The notes beneath the pieces are model-generated. The model saw only the letters and a list, made by a program, of their open reading frames with translations. It had not been told where the DNA came from and made no database searches. Both the position numbers and the translations under genes were made by a program. Shown one piece after another: positions 39,601-52,130 of a stretch of DNA of 64,000 nt. Source of the stretch: Mustelus asterias (lineage: Eukaryota); NCBI RefSeq assembly GCF_964213995.1, contig NC_135815.1, forward strand, positions 101,742,001 through 101,806,000, written 5' to 3'. The first letter of the stretch is position 1. Every line of letters begins with the position of its first letter.

Positions 39601-39769
39601 TCTCAATTCCAGTAAGAATATTGCTTTTGAATAAAAGCTTTAATGAAGGCATTAAAAGAGACAAAATACATTTTGGTATGTTACTGTGAATTGCGTATAG
39701 TCAAGGTTTATTGCAGTTCTTATATAGAACGTGAGAAATTTCCAATTACTGGTCAGAATCTAACGTTAG

Positions 39770-40620
39770 GGACAGGTGACCAAAGCTTGGTCAAAGAAGT
39801 CGGTTTTATGGAGATTCTTAAAGGAGGAGACAGGATGGAGAGGTTTTGGGATGGGATCCCAGAGTATTGGACCTTGGCAGCTGGAGGCACAGTCAGCAAT
39901 AGGGAAGTGATTAAAATGGGAGAATTGGAGGAGCACTGATCTCTCCGAGGGTGTAGGGCGAGAGGAGATCACAGAAATAGGGAAGCGTGTGGCCTTGGAG
40001 GAATTTGAGAACAAGGATGAAAATGTTAAAAATGTGCTATTGCTGGATGGCGGGGGGGGGGGGGGGGGGTGTGGGAGGCGGTTGTGGGGGGGCAGGGGGT
40101 GCAGGTCAGTGAGCAGAGAGCTGTGGGGGACTGGAAACTGCCCCACATCAGGATGGCAGGGAGCAGAGCTTTGGATGAGCTGCAGTTTATTAGGGTGACA
40201 GCTGCGAGGCTGGCCTGGGTACATTGGGTTAAACACAGTAAGAAGCCTCACACCAGGTTAAAGTCCAACAGGTTTATTTGGTAGCAAAAGCCACTAGCTT
40301 TCGGAATGCTGCTCCTTCATCAGGTAAGTGGGAGTTCTGTTCACAACCAGGGCATATAAAGACACAAACTCATGAGTTTGTGTCTTTATATGCCCTGGTT
40401 GTGAACAGAACCTGATGAAGGGGCAGCGCTCCGAAAACTAGTGGCTTTTGCTACCAAATAAACCTGTTGGACTTTAACCTGGTGTGAGGCTTCTTACTGT
40501 GTTTAACCCAGTCCAACGCTGGCATCTCCACTTCATGCATTGGGATAGTTACACCCAGTGGTAACAAAGGGATGGCTAAGTGTTTTAACAGCAGTTGAAC
40601 GGAGGTTAGAATTAATTTAA
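39770..40620 (-). mobile_element. L2 relic interrupted by a Penelope palindrome
   Basis: Minus strand KLQLIQSSA, LTDLH.LP and W.IPKPL relics of L2 RT C-terminus. Confidence 0.6.
40229..40537. mobile_element. Penelope-like family A, inverted pLTR palindrome with two hammerhead cores
   Basis: Centre AAACTCA|TGAGTTT at 40372/40373; cores at 40323-40299 (-) and 40412-40436 (+); TSD CATTGGG. Confidence 0.85.
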
Positions 40621-40897
40621 CCAATGATTCTGTGACTCAGTTGACCTTTGTGTGAAGCTGTACATTACAGTGAGATGGTGACACATGGAGAGTCTATTCA
40701 TGCACACTGTACCAGAACGCACCAATGATTCTGCAAACATAAATCTTTCTGATTATCAACCCTCTCCGATGTCGAAATATTGGCTGCAACTTATCAATAT
40801 CGGCAAAGGTTCCACAAACGTGTTAACAAAAGGCATTTCAGCACAGGTCAGTGAACGTGTTCATGTTTAACCGTTGCTAAGTTGCTGTATTTGTCAA

Positions 40898-41206
40898 ACT
40901 TTATTTATTTATTTTTTAATGTTTCAAACTGTAAACCGGATGTAGGCCGCGGGGTGTTCTGGGAAGGGTTTTTTGGAGTGGTTTTTTTTAATAAAAGCTA
41001 GTTACCTGGGAGGAGCGTCCTCATTGTTCTCCTGCAGCGAGGCAAGGAGGGAGCGATTTGATGCAGGAGTGCGAGGGTGAGAAATTGACCTTTAAATTAC
41101 ATTTTCGCTGGCTTTATTTATTTATTTATTTTAAAAGTTTCAGACTGTAAACCGGAAGTAGGCTGCAGGGTGTTCTGGGAAGGGTTTTTTGGAGTGTTTT
41201 TTTTTA
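40898..41206 (+). repeat. Two direct repeats of about 93 bp upstream of CR1 ORF1
   Basis: 40898-40990 and 41113-41206 share TTTATTT...GTTTCARACTGTAAACCGGAWGTAGGC...GGGTGTTCTGGGAAGGGTTTTTTGGAGTG. Confidence 0.85.
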
Positions 41207-41398
41207 GCGCGTGGGAGGTTTAAAAGCAGGCCACACTATTCAGCGGGCAGCATTGTTAGCGGGCAGCAGAGTGAGCAGGGAGCAGAGTGAGAGCTGAAGG
41301 GCTTTGGCTCAACGGGCTTCGGCAAAAACAGGCAGAATCGAGAGTAGGTTTTTTTTTCCCAGGAAGTTTATTCTTGTTTTTCCCCAGAGTAAAAAAAA

Positions 41399-42340
41399 AT
41401 GCCAGGCAAGATGTTGGAATGCTCCCCTTGCAGGATGTGGGAGATCAGGGAGACCTCCGGTATCCCTGACGACAGCACCTGCAAAAGATGCATTCAGCTG
41501 CAGCTGCTAGCAAAGCGTGTTAGGGAACTGGAGCAGGAGCTTGATGACCTCCATCTAATTCGGGAGAATGAGAAGTTTATAGACAGTAGCTTTAGGGAGA
41601 TAGTTACACCTAAGCAGCAGAGCACAGGAAATTGGGTTACTGTAAGGAGAGGAAATGGCAGTGTGAAAGGACAGACAGAGCAGGGTTCCCCTGTGGCCAT
41701 ACCCCTCCACAACAGGTATACTGAATTGGATACTGTTGTGGGAGATGCTTTACGTGGGACAAGCTGCGACAGCCGGAACTCTGATACTGAGTCTGGTTCT
41801 ACAGCGCAAAAGGGTGGGATGAAGAAGAGGAGAGCAGTAGTGATAGGGGACTCAATGGTCAGAGGTACGGACAGGAGGTTCTGTGGTCGGGACAGAGACT
41901 CCCGCATGGTTTGTTGCCTCCCGGGTGCCAAGGTCAGGGATGTCTCTGATCGCGTGCACAGCGTTCTAAAGTGGGAAGGTGATCAGCCAGATGTCGTGGT
42001 ACACATCGGTACAAATGACGTAGGAAGGAAGAGTGAGGAGGTCCTAAAGAGTGAGTATAAAGAGCTTGGAAGGAAGTTAAAAAGCAGGACCCCGAGGGTA
42101 GTAATCTCAGGATTGCTACCTGTACCACGTGCCAGTGAGGGTAGGAGTAGGATGCTTGGACGGATGAACACGTGGCTGAGGAACTGGTGTAGGAGGCAGG
42201 GTTTCCGATTCTTGGATCATTGGGACCTCTTCTGGGGCAGGTGGGACCTGTACAAGAGAGACAGGTTACACCTAAACTACAAGGGGACCAATATACTTGC
42301 AGGGAGGTTTGCTAGTGTTATTGGGGAGTGTTTAAACTAG
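41399..42340 (+). mobile_element. CR1 LINE ORF1: Cys-pair zinc finger, coiled coil and SGNH esterase; 313 aa, uninterrupted
   Basis: CSPC...CKRC; LAKRVRELEQELDDL coiled coil; VIGDS, LPGA, VHIGTND and DRLH esterase blocks. Followed by the start of an ORF2-like sequence, truncated near 42485. Confidence 0.88.
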
Positions 42341-43397
42341 ATTTGCAGGGGGGTGGGAACCAGAGTGCCAGAGCAGATAGTGGAGCAGAGGTAAAAAGAC
42401 AGGTTAGTTCAAGTAAAATCATAAATGGAAGGGTTGAGTGTGGTGGAAATAACCTTTTGAGGTGTGTCTATTTCACTGCCAGGAGTTGGGTTTTAGGTTA
42501 ACTGCAAAATATACCTTGGACTTTCTGATCCGACTCCGAAAATTTGAAAAAGTGGATACGTGCACAATGGGTCCCTTTCTGTGCTGTAACATCCCAGGGT
42601 GCCTTGTTTTGAAATTCCCCTCACAGCTTTGCCCTATTTTAATCACTCTGCCTTTAGTGGCCGTGCCTTCAGCTGCCTTGGCCCTGAAATTCCAGAATTC
42701 CCTCTTTAAAACTCTTCCCCCCTGTCTCCTCCCTTAAAACCAATCTCATTGGCCAAGTTTTTGGTAATTTGTCTATTAAGTATCTTTATATAACTCAGAG
42801 TCGAATTACATTTGATGATTTCTCCTCTGAAGCACTTTTGGAAATGTTTCACTATAAATCCAAGTTATTGCTGTGAAAGCTGAGACAATAATACAGGTTG
42901 TTATTGATTGGACAGCAGTCTGGGCACTTTCTGAGATGTATAAACAATAGCAGGGAGTGTGTGAACACTGGGATACTTACCCAGCCAAACCTGCACAATC
43001 ATAACATTCTTCAGGTTTGGCAGAGTCACAATTCATCATGAAGGGTAAGGAAGGAACTTGTTGAGTACCAGACTGGCACGATGACTGGCACACCCTTTGG
43101 TAAAAAAGTTAGGTGGAGCTGGGAAGGGTGACCCTTACGGGATGGAATCCCTTATCTCCTGGGATTTTCATAGCTCAAGCTCCATCCGTGAATTGTCTTC
43201 CCGACTGGCTGAAAGTTGGAGAAGTTTGTTGGACAGATGCTTCCTGTAGTCAGTATCCATTTGCTCCAAAGTTTCAGGAGCTTGGTGTGAAAGATGAGAG
43301 AAAGCGGCAAGGTGGCAAAGTGTCCTGTTCTTTTAAAGTCAGGTCCAGCACGGTGAGAAGCCAAGTTGGCAACCATGCTCTGACCCAGAGAACTTGG

Positions 43398-45545
43398 AGA
43401 AACATAGAAAATAGAAGCAGGAGTTGGCCATTCAGGCCTTCAAGTCTGCTCAGCCATTCAATATGATCATGGCTGATCCTGAACCTCAACATCGCACTCT
43501 CCCCACACCCCTTGACACCTTTAAAGTCTATAAATCCATCTATTTCCTTCTTAAATATATTCAGTGACTTGTTCTCCACAGCTTTCTGTGGCAGAGAATT
43601 CCACAGGTTCACCTCTCTCCAAGTGCAGAGCTTTCTCATCATCTCAGTCTCAAATGGCCTATCCTGTATCCTGAGACTGTGACCCCTTTTTCCAAACCCC
43701 CCCCCTCTCAGCCTAAAGAACCATCATCCCTGCATCCAGTCTGTCCAGCCCTACTCAACAAGCTACATCCTCAAAAATCTCCAGTGGGTTTGTCAAACAT
43801 CTCTTCCCTTTCATAAATCCATGTAGACTTCATCTAATCCCATTGATATTTCCTAAGTGTCCTTTTACCACATCCTTTATAACAGACTCGAGCATTTTAA
43901 CCTTACAACTGATGTGAGGCTAACCGCTCTGTAATTCCCTGTTTTCTCACTCCCTCCTGTTTTAAATAGTGGGGTTACATTTGCTGCCCTCCAATCTGCC
44001 GGGACTGCTCCAGGATGTACAGAATTCCAGAAGGTGCCATGATCCACCCCCCCCGGCTCATTTTGCACCCTGGGATGTAGCTTTTCAACCTCTGGGGATT
44101 TATCAGCTTTCTGTTCCATTAATTTTTCCAGTATAAATTTTTCTAGTAAGTACTAATTTCCTTCACTTTCTTCTCTCTCGACCGTCGATTCCTTCACGTT
44201 TCTGGGAAGTTATTTTTCTGTGAAGACAGAACTAAAATAGTTGTTTAATTGTTCTACCATTTCCTTGTTCTCTTATAAATTCTCCCGTTTCAGACTGTCT
44301 TTTTATAAATTTTGAAAAGCTTTTGCAGGCTGCTTTATGTTCCTCACTCTCACCCCATTTCCCCCCTTAATTAATCTCCTGGTCCTCCTTTGCTGAATTC
44401 TAAACTGCTCCCAATCCTTGGGCTTGCTAATGTTTTATAAAGTTTATATAATTCCTGTTTGGATCTATTATTTGCCTTAATTTATTTTGTTTGCCACAGA
44501 GGGGCCTGTTGTGATTTCGTGGCAGAAAGGAATCTACAACGGTGCAATCTATTTGTTCCTTTAATATTAGCCATTGCCTCTCCACTGTCATGCTTTTTAA
44601 TGAAGTTCCCCAATCTATCTTCGACAACTCACGCCTCATACCTTTGTAGTTTCCTTGTTAAGATCTAGGACACTAGGGAATTCGTCCCTTTCCATCCTAA
44701 TGAGGAATTCTATCATGTTATGGTCACTCTTCCCTAAAGGACACCACCCAACAACATTATTGATTAATCCCTTCTCATTACACAATACCAAATCTAGGAC
44801 AGCGCGTTCCCCAGTTGGTTCCTCGATGCACTGGTCTAAAAAACATCTCATTCACACTCGAGAAATTCATCTGCCACAGTATTGTTGCTATTTGGTTTGC
44901 CCAATCTATATGTAGATTGAAGTCACCTCTGATTATTGTAGCACCCTTGTTACATGCATCTCAAATTTCCTGTTTAATGTTATCCTCTACCTTACCACTG
45001 CTGTTTGGAGGCCTATAGACAATTCCCACTGATGATTTCTGCCCTTTATTGCTTCTTAGCTCCTCCCAGACTGATTCCACATCAGATTTTCTGAGCCAAT
45101 ATCCTCTTTCGCTATTGCACTGATTTCATCCTCAACTAACCACACCGCCCCACTTCCTTTTCTTTTCTGCTGCCCGTCCTAAATATCGAGTACCTTTGGA
45201 TATTCAGTTCCCAGCCTTGGTCACCCTGCAGTCATGTGTCTGTAATCATAATCTTATCGTACCCACTTATATCAACTTGTCCTGATAATTTATCCACCTT
45301 ATTGCGAATGCTATATGCATTCAGATACAGTGTTTTTAGATACGTCTTTTTGACATTTTTACACATGGTTTTTTTTGTGCTATGGCCCTATTTGCTGCTA
45401 GCCCTTGTTTCCTCTGCCTTCCTTCTTTACTTTCTACTTTTCTGTCTTTCATTTCTTTGTTTCCCTCTCTTGTGTCTCCCCACTCAGTTTCCCATCCCCT
45501 GGCTAGTCTCGTTTAAACCCTCCCCAACAGCACTAGCAAATACCC
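43398..45545 (-). mobile_element. Decayed, internally deleted CR1 (3'UTR, RT, endonuclease, ORF1 end)
   Basis: NLWNSLPQ, GNYRAVSLTSV, LDLVLCNE and LGKSDH relics; TTTGCTAGTGCTGTTGGGGAGGGTTTAAAC resembles the ORF1 end at 42310-42340. Confidence 0.85.
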
Positions 45546-46924
45546 CTGAGTATTATTGGATGGCAGCAAAGCAGCAGTATTGCTATGACACAAATGACTA
45601 GAATAACACTAGAAATCCATCACTTCCCCAATGTGTTCGCCCAAATTCTGGTGGAACTGGGGAATCCAGTGGACAGGCTCCCAACACAAATCTCACCCTC
45701 ACCCCCTCCAGAATCCCCCGGAAAAGGTCAGTGAAGCAATAGAGAAAAACATAAGCTTGACTATTTTGAACAAAGTGATAAAAGATTGAACGAGAATAAC
45801 AGGCGTAGGCTATTGAGTTGGACGATCAGCCATGATCGTAATAAATGGCGGAGCAGGCTCGAAGGGCCGAATGGCCTCCTCCTGCTCCTATCCTCTATGT
45901 TTCTATGTTTGGACAATGGTTTAATGATTCTCTGGCAATGTCACTCCTGTAAAAAGCTTTAGTTTTCTCAGAAAAAATGTCTCCCAGTCAAAGACGAAGA
46001 AAAGAACTGAAGTTTATGTCTATCGTCCCCAGCGATCTGAACTGTAATATTAGCAAAAGGTTGTTTGTTGGGCTGCAGTGTGGAATAAATGTACTGGAAC
46101 TTCCATTGGATATTGTTCCTGTGTTCGCGACCAGTGTCCACTGTCATGGGGTCTGAGTCTAACCAACAGCTGGCTCCCATTGCAGTCAATACCACATCTG
46201 TTCATCGCTATTCGATACAGAGAACTGTTATAGCTCATCCATTTACATATTGATTGCTGTAGACAGGGCAAATTCAACTCTGATGAAGCACCATTTGTAC
46301 TGGTGAAACAAACTATTAATAGCGGATTGTTTTGTTTAGATCCAATTTTTATAAAGTCCTAAAAAGAGAGCATTGTGTATTTACACTGAATGGTTGTGAG
46401 TTTGACCTTGTTGTAATTGGCAGGGTTCTGCATCGAGGTATTCTTACTGTATTACAAACAATATCCACAGAGACGTTGCTCTCGCTGAGAGTTGTTCAGG
46501 GGGGAAACACTCAATCCACACACATTGCAATTCAAAAAAGTTCATAAACGCACCTCACAATTATTTTATTAATTCCAAAATCAAACCATTGTTTATTAAA
46601 CTTGACGATAAAGAAAGTTAACCTTGATTAGGGAAACAATGGTGCGTCTGAGACGGTAGATGAGGAGATGGCAGATTCCACTAAACTTCAAACTACTTGC
46701 TGCAATATCTTTCATTCATTTTTAAGAGTCACTGAAACACAAAGAGACACATTGCCGAGCGGTAAGAAATGGAATAATATTTATTTCTAATTCACAACGG
46801 TGGCTCCTGCGAGTGCGAGACAGAGACTGAGAGCTGAGCCGGGAGATAAAAGATAAAATAATGGGAACAAGACAAGGAATGTTATAAAGACAAGACTGGA
46901 GGCTTTGTGTCTTAACACAACTTC

Positions 46925-47305
46925 AGAGAAACCTATAAAATTCGAACAGGACTAGACAGGGTAGATGCAGGAAGGATGTTCCTGATGGTGGGGTGTCCAG
47001 AACCAAGGGTCACAGTCTAAGGATACAGGGTAAACCATTTAGAACAGTGATGAGGAGAAATGTCTTCACCCACAGAGTGGTCAACCTGTGGAATTCACTA
47101 CCACAGAAAGCAGTTGAGGCAGAAACGTTGTAAATTTTCAAGAAGGAATTAGATATAGCTCCTGGGGCAAAGGGGAATCAAAGAATATGGGGGGGGGAAA
47201 CAGAAAAAGGTTACTGAGTCGGATGATCAGCTATGATCATAATGAATAGTGGAGCAGGCTCAAAGGGCCAAATGGCCTCCTCCTGCTCCTATTTTACATG
47301 TTAAC
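46925..47305 (+). mobile_element. CR1 3' fragment
   Basis: ACCTATAAAATT...TTCACCCACAGAGTGG...GATCAGCTATGATC. Confidence 0.85.
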
Positions 47306-47469
47306 CTCTGTTCATCCTGTGAGAGAGTAAATGATGGTGGGAATTTGGGTCATATCAAAGTTGAAATGCTTAACCTAAGGGTACGATCAATGAGCTTTGG
47401 GCACAGTTGGGTTTGGATGCAATAAGATGGATTTTGGGGACACCTGGACAAGGTGTGCACATGTCTAGC

Positions 47470-47830
47470 CTGTTTCAGCTAAACAAAATAAGTGATAGCC
47501 ATTCGCTAGTTCGCTCCTCAGGGCAATGCTTTAACCAATCAGAGCCAAGCTGCCTGGTTTAAATTTCAAACAATGCTCGACAGTTAACTGTCAAACACCA
47601 TTAACTGGTGCATTCTCCATGGCAATGCTTCTGGTGTTTAACCTGGTGTTGTTAAAACTCTTACTGTGTACATGCTTCTATCAATCAGAGTCCACTTGCC
47701 AACCAATCAGCACCCTCTTTCACTCAGTATAAAATTGTTGTTTCCCTGACACTGGTATTCTTGCAATTGTCCTGATGAGTGCAAGATGGAAAGCTTTGAC
47801 ATAATTTTATTTTGTTGCATTAATCAAGTT
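47470..47830 (+). mobile_element. Penelope-like pLTR family C containing a 39-bp family A micro-insertion
   Basis: CCAATCAG boxes, TATAAAA, CTGATGA-GTGCAAGATG-GAAAGCTT; insert 47633-47671 with TSD ATGCTTCT. Confidence 0.65.
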
Positions 47831-48079
47831 CTTACAACCAAATGACTCACTTATTTTTAATGACACTTTTGAACATTCAACAGGAGGAAGAGTTGAGTCA
47901 TCTTTCAGATTTAGTTTAGATGAACAACATTGTTTTGCGTGTACTTGTTTTCTCTAAAACAGTCCTTCGCACTTCAGGCCAGAATGCAAAATTCCCACCA
48001 AATTAATTATCAATAGATCATGAATTCAAATTAAAAGTTCAGAGTGATGGGTAAGCCTGATTTTTATGTCAATAGCTGT

Positions 48080-48242
48080 AGACTGGAATTCTCCAGCCTT
48101 GCCCCCAACTGGGATTCTCCGACCTCGCCCGCAGCTGGGATTCTCCAGTCCCGCTGCAGTGACTGGAGTTTCAGCTGAGCACCAAATTCTCTGTTTTCGC
48201 TGGGAGTGGTGGCGGGACGTTCGAGATTGGAGAATCCCGGAC
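48080..48242. mobile_element. Short MITE (same family as 58323-58456)
   Basis: GACTGGAATTCTCC...GGAGAATCCCGGAC; shared interior GGGATTCTCCAGTCCCGCTGC. Confidence 0.65.
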
Positions 48243-48274
48243 GTTCATATGTATCCATATGCTGGGTTCTATCT

Positions 48275-48611
48275 ATAGAATCCCTGCAGTGCAGAAGGAG
48301 GCCATTCGGCCCATCGAGTCTGCACCAACAACAATCCCACCCAGTCCCTATACCCAGAACCCCACATATTTACCCCACTAATCTCGCTAACCTACGCATC
48401 CCAGGACACTAAGGGGCAATTCAGCATGGCCAATGCACCTAACCTGCACATCTTTGGACTGTGAGCAGAAACCAGAGCACCCGGAGGAAACCCACGCAGA
48501 CCTGGGGAGAATGTGCAAACTCCACATAGACAGTGAGCCAAGCCGGGAATTGAGCCCAGGTCCCTGGCGCTGTGAGGCAGCAGTGCTAACCATTGTGTCA
48601 CCGTGCCACCC
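48275..48611 (-). mobile_element. HE1/V-SINE
   Basis: Full reverse-complement HE1. Confidence 0.9.
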
Positions 48612-48689
48612 CTCGACGTTATCTAGTCTCTGCCAATTTCCTTTCACTGAAACATGACAGAGGTTCAAAACCTGCCCTGTAAATTGTTG

Positions 48690-48747
48690 TAAGAAGTCTA
48701 ACAACACCAGGTTAAGTCCAACAGGTTTATTTGGTAGCAAAAGCCAC
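48690..48747 (-). mobile_element. 58-bp Penelope family A micro-insertion
   Basis: Matches the family A pLTR end; TSD AATTGTTG at 48682-48689 and 48748-48755. Confidence 0.75.
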
Positions 48748-49414
48748 AATTGTTGCCATGAAGCAGATGCACTAAACTGGCAAAGTGTGTCCAAGCTTCA
48801 GAATAAACCGGCGTTTCAGCATCTTGTAACAAAAAATGTAACACCTTCCTCAGTTCCAAACCTTGTGTTTCTTTGTGCTTCCTTCCCCTTCTATTTCCCC
48901 TTCATCTCTCTTTCTCACAACTTGCGCCTTCACCTCTCTCTGTGTCTCTTCGTTCTGGGGAAGTAGTGTTTAGCTAAACGATGGCACAGTTGGTGGTAGA
49001 AATGTTGGCCTGTTTTGGGTTGCAGCACTCAAACAGATCCACTCCAAAATACATCATTCTTGGATTCAGGAGTTAGCCCAGTTTGATTAGCAGGTACACA
49101 CGAGCTTTTGAAGTCAACATTACTTTGAACCGGAATGGGGAGTGTCTGCAGAAAACATAACTGGATTTTGCCAGCTGGCAGTACAGTCACCAGTCAGTGA
49201 TCTAAAATAAACAGACTCCGAATGTGTGGTTTCTAGTATCAATGAACAGTAACAACTGGTATTTATATAGCACCTTTAACTTAGTATCTCAAGGTACTTT
49301 ACAAGAGGCTTGTAAAATCCCACCTGAGGCCAACAGAGAATTCCGTTCCGTGAGCCTCGCCTGCCCCGGAATCGGGACAGGTGTGCCGGTAAAATTCTGA
49401 CTAGAACCACATAA

Positions 49415-49595
49415 TATTGAATGTATTCAAGAGGCGGCTGGATATAGCACTTGGGGTGAATGGGATCAAAGGTTATGGAGAGAAAGCAGGATTAGGCTAT
49501 TGAGTTGGACGATCAGCCATGATTGTAATGAATGGTGGAGCAGGCTCGAAGGGCCGAATGGCCTCCTCCTGCTCCGATCTTCTATGTTTCTATGT
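49415..49595 (+). mobile_element. CR1 3' tail (a similar one at 45808-45908)
   Basis: GGCTATTGAGTTGGACGATCAGCCATG...CTATGTTTCTATG. Confidence 0.85.
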
Positions 49596-50289
49596 AAGGG
49601 GATATGAGGACACGTGACTAAAAAACAAGCCAAAGTGGTCAGTTTTAAGCAGGGGAGATGTGAAGAGGATCACGGGGTGCAGAGTCCAGGCCACTGAAGG
49701 CATGGCTGTCAGTCAGTGGTGGAACTATTAAAATGTAGGGTTTTCAAGAGGCCAGGAATAAAGGAGTGCTGCTATCTCCAGAGGGTTGTGGGGCTGGAGG
49801 AGATTCCAGGATGAGAATTGGGACGTTATTTAACTGGGAGCCAGTGTAGGTCAGAGAGCACAAGGGTGGTGGGTGAATGGAACTGGGTGAGAGTTAGGAT
49901 ACAGCAGCGGAGTTCTGGATGAGTTTATGTTTATCGAAAGTGAAAAATGGGAAAGCAGCGAGGGTTGTGTTGGAATATTCGAGTCCAGGGGTAACAAAGC
50001 CACGGATCCATTGAAGATACAATAATGTTTCAAGCAGAACAACCTCCCATTTCTCAGTCTGACGGAGCAGTGTGGATAGAAGCCTAAAATTGAAGAGTGA
50101 TTCTGACAGTTCAATGAATGAGCAAAACCAAGGCAAATAAAGTTCAATGTCGGTAAATGGGAGGTCACCCACTTTGGACCCAGAAAGGATACAACAGGGG
50201 ACTTCCCAAATTGTAAAAAACCCAACAGATTGGAGGAACAAAGAGACTTGGGGGGTTTCCATATCCACAAACAACCGGTTAGTAAAGCT

Positions 50290-50430
50290 TTGAAGAAGTT
50301 CCGATGAAGAGTAAAAGGACTCGAAATGTTGGCTCTGTTCTCGCTCCACAGAGGCTGCCAGACCTGCTGAGTTTTTCCAGCATCCTCAGTTCTTGTTTCA
50401 GATTCCAGCCTCTGCGGTATTTTGCTTATT
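50290..50430 (+). mobile_element. Penelope-like pLTR family B
   Basis: CCGATGA-AGAGT...GACTC-GAAATGTT followed by GCTGCCAGACCTGCTGAG. Confidence 0.65.
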
Positions 50431-52130
50431 GAGTTAATATTTTGTGAAGAGGTGTGGCTCAGGTCCAGCACTCCATGTGAGTCATCATCTTATGGTTTTA
50501 ACTTCGACTCTGAGAGAAGAGCATCGTGGGAGGTACCGTCATCCAGGTGGAGTTGATTTGCTTGCTGTCCTGTTCAATTCCAGGCGAAAGATTGCACAGG
50601 CCTAATTGGAGTTGAGCAAGGGAATTTTTTCAATGTCCCGCCCAATATTTATTGCTCCAACATCACCTAAAAGGAGGTTAACTGGTTATTCATCTCATTT
50701 ACAGTTTGGTGATGTCGCTGTGTGCAATTGGCTGTTTAATTTGCTGACTAAATCAAGTATTTAACACTCTCGGCAAGTGTGGACACAGGATCCTTGAGTG
50801 GTCTCAACATGGCGACCCACAGCCTTGGTAAAAATCAAACCCAAAGCGTCCGTGAAACTTTCAAGGGGAGGTCAGACTGTGAGGGTATGTTTCTACTCCA
50901 TCTCCATCCAGAGCAAAAAGAATAAGACCTCTGATACATCCAAGGGAGACCCTTGATCGTGAATATTGACGTGTTGATGAAACTTTACATCTTGCACTCA
51001 GTAGGACAAATGCAAAAATGCCAAATTTCAAACTATCACAACAATTTATACTACAGGGAAAAGGGTGCTGATTGGTTGACAAGTCAAAACTTGTCATTCT
51101 TCTCTTCATCCCGATTGCTGCAAGGTGAAAACCTTCAGCAACACGCCTCCTTTCAACAAGAGCAGAAGAAGTGTTTTTTTTAATTCACAAACTCCCCAGT
51201 GTTTTCCAGCTCGATGAACGTACAATGATGTGGCGTTAGTATCTCAGCTTTCTCCTTCCTGACCCAATAGAAATGCAATGTAGCAGAGGGAGAAAGATCT
51301 CAGAAAAAATAAACCTGGTGGATTTAAACAAAGATCCCGAGTTTATGAATGAAAAATGGTTACTTGCTGCCTCGGATGGGAAAGACACGGAGCTCATATA
51401 GAGAACAGAATGTCAGACACAGATCCGACTGCCAGTCACAGTTACACTCGATAACTTCCTGCAGTAAAACATCCCAAGGTGCGTGACAGGAAGAGCCAGC
51501 AGACAGTAAGGAACTAAGGGGAAATTGGGATAGTTGCAAGAGACGGGTTTTAAGGAGCATCCGGAAGAGAGTGGATTATGGAGGGAATTGCAGAGTTTAG
51601 GACTCAGGTAGTTGAAGGCACGGCCACCAATAGGGGAGCAATTAAAATCCAGGATGCTCCCTTGTGCCCTTGGGACATTGGTTCAAATCCCTCCACGGCA
51701 GCTGGTGGAACTTAAATTCAATTAATAAAATCTGAAATTGAAAGCAAGTTTCAGAAATAATGAACACGATTATCATAAAAACCCATTTTTTAAAGTTCCT
51801 TCAGGGAAGGAAATGTTGTCCTTACCTGGTCTGGCCTACATGTCACCCCTGACCCACAACATGTGTTTCACTCTTAACTGTCTCTCTGCAATGGTCCAGC
51901 GAGCTGACCATTCAGAAGAAGGGCAATTAGGGACGAGTAACAAATGCTGACCCAGCCAGCGACGCCCACCTCACAAGGAAGAATTAAAAATAACTTGATA
52001 CCTTGTTTATGCAGTTTTGTTTCAAACAAATAATATTTAGAAAAGAATTTAACAAAAGACATAAAAATACCAAAGAGACCCATCATCTCCAAGATAATAA
52101 AACAAATATATTTTTGGAGTAGACAGGAAC

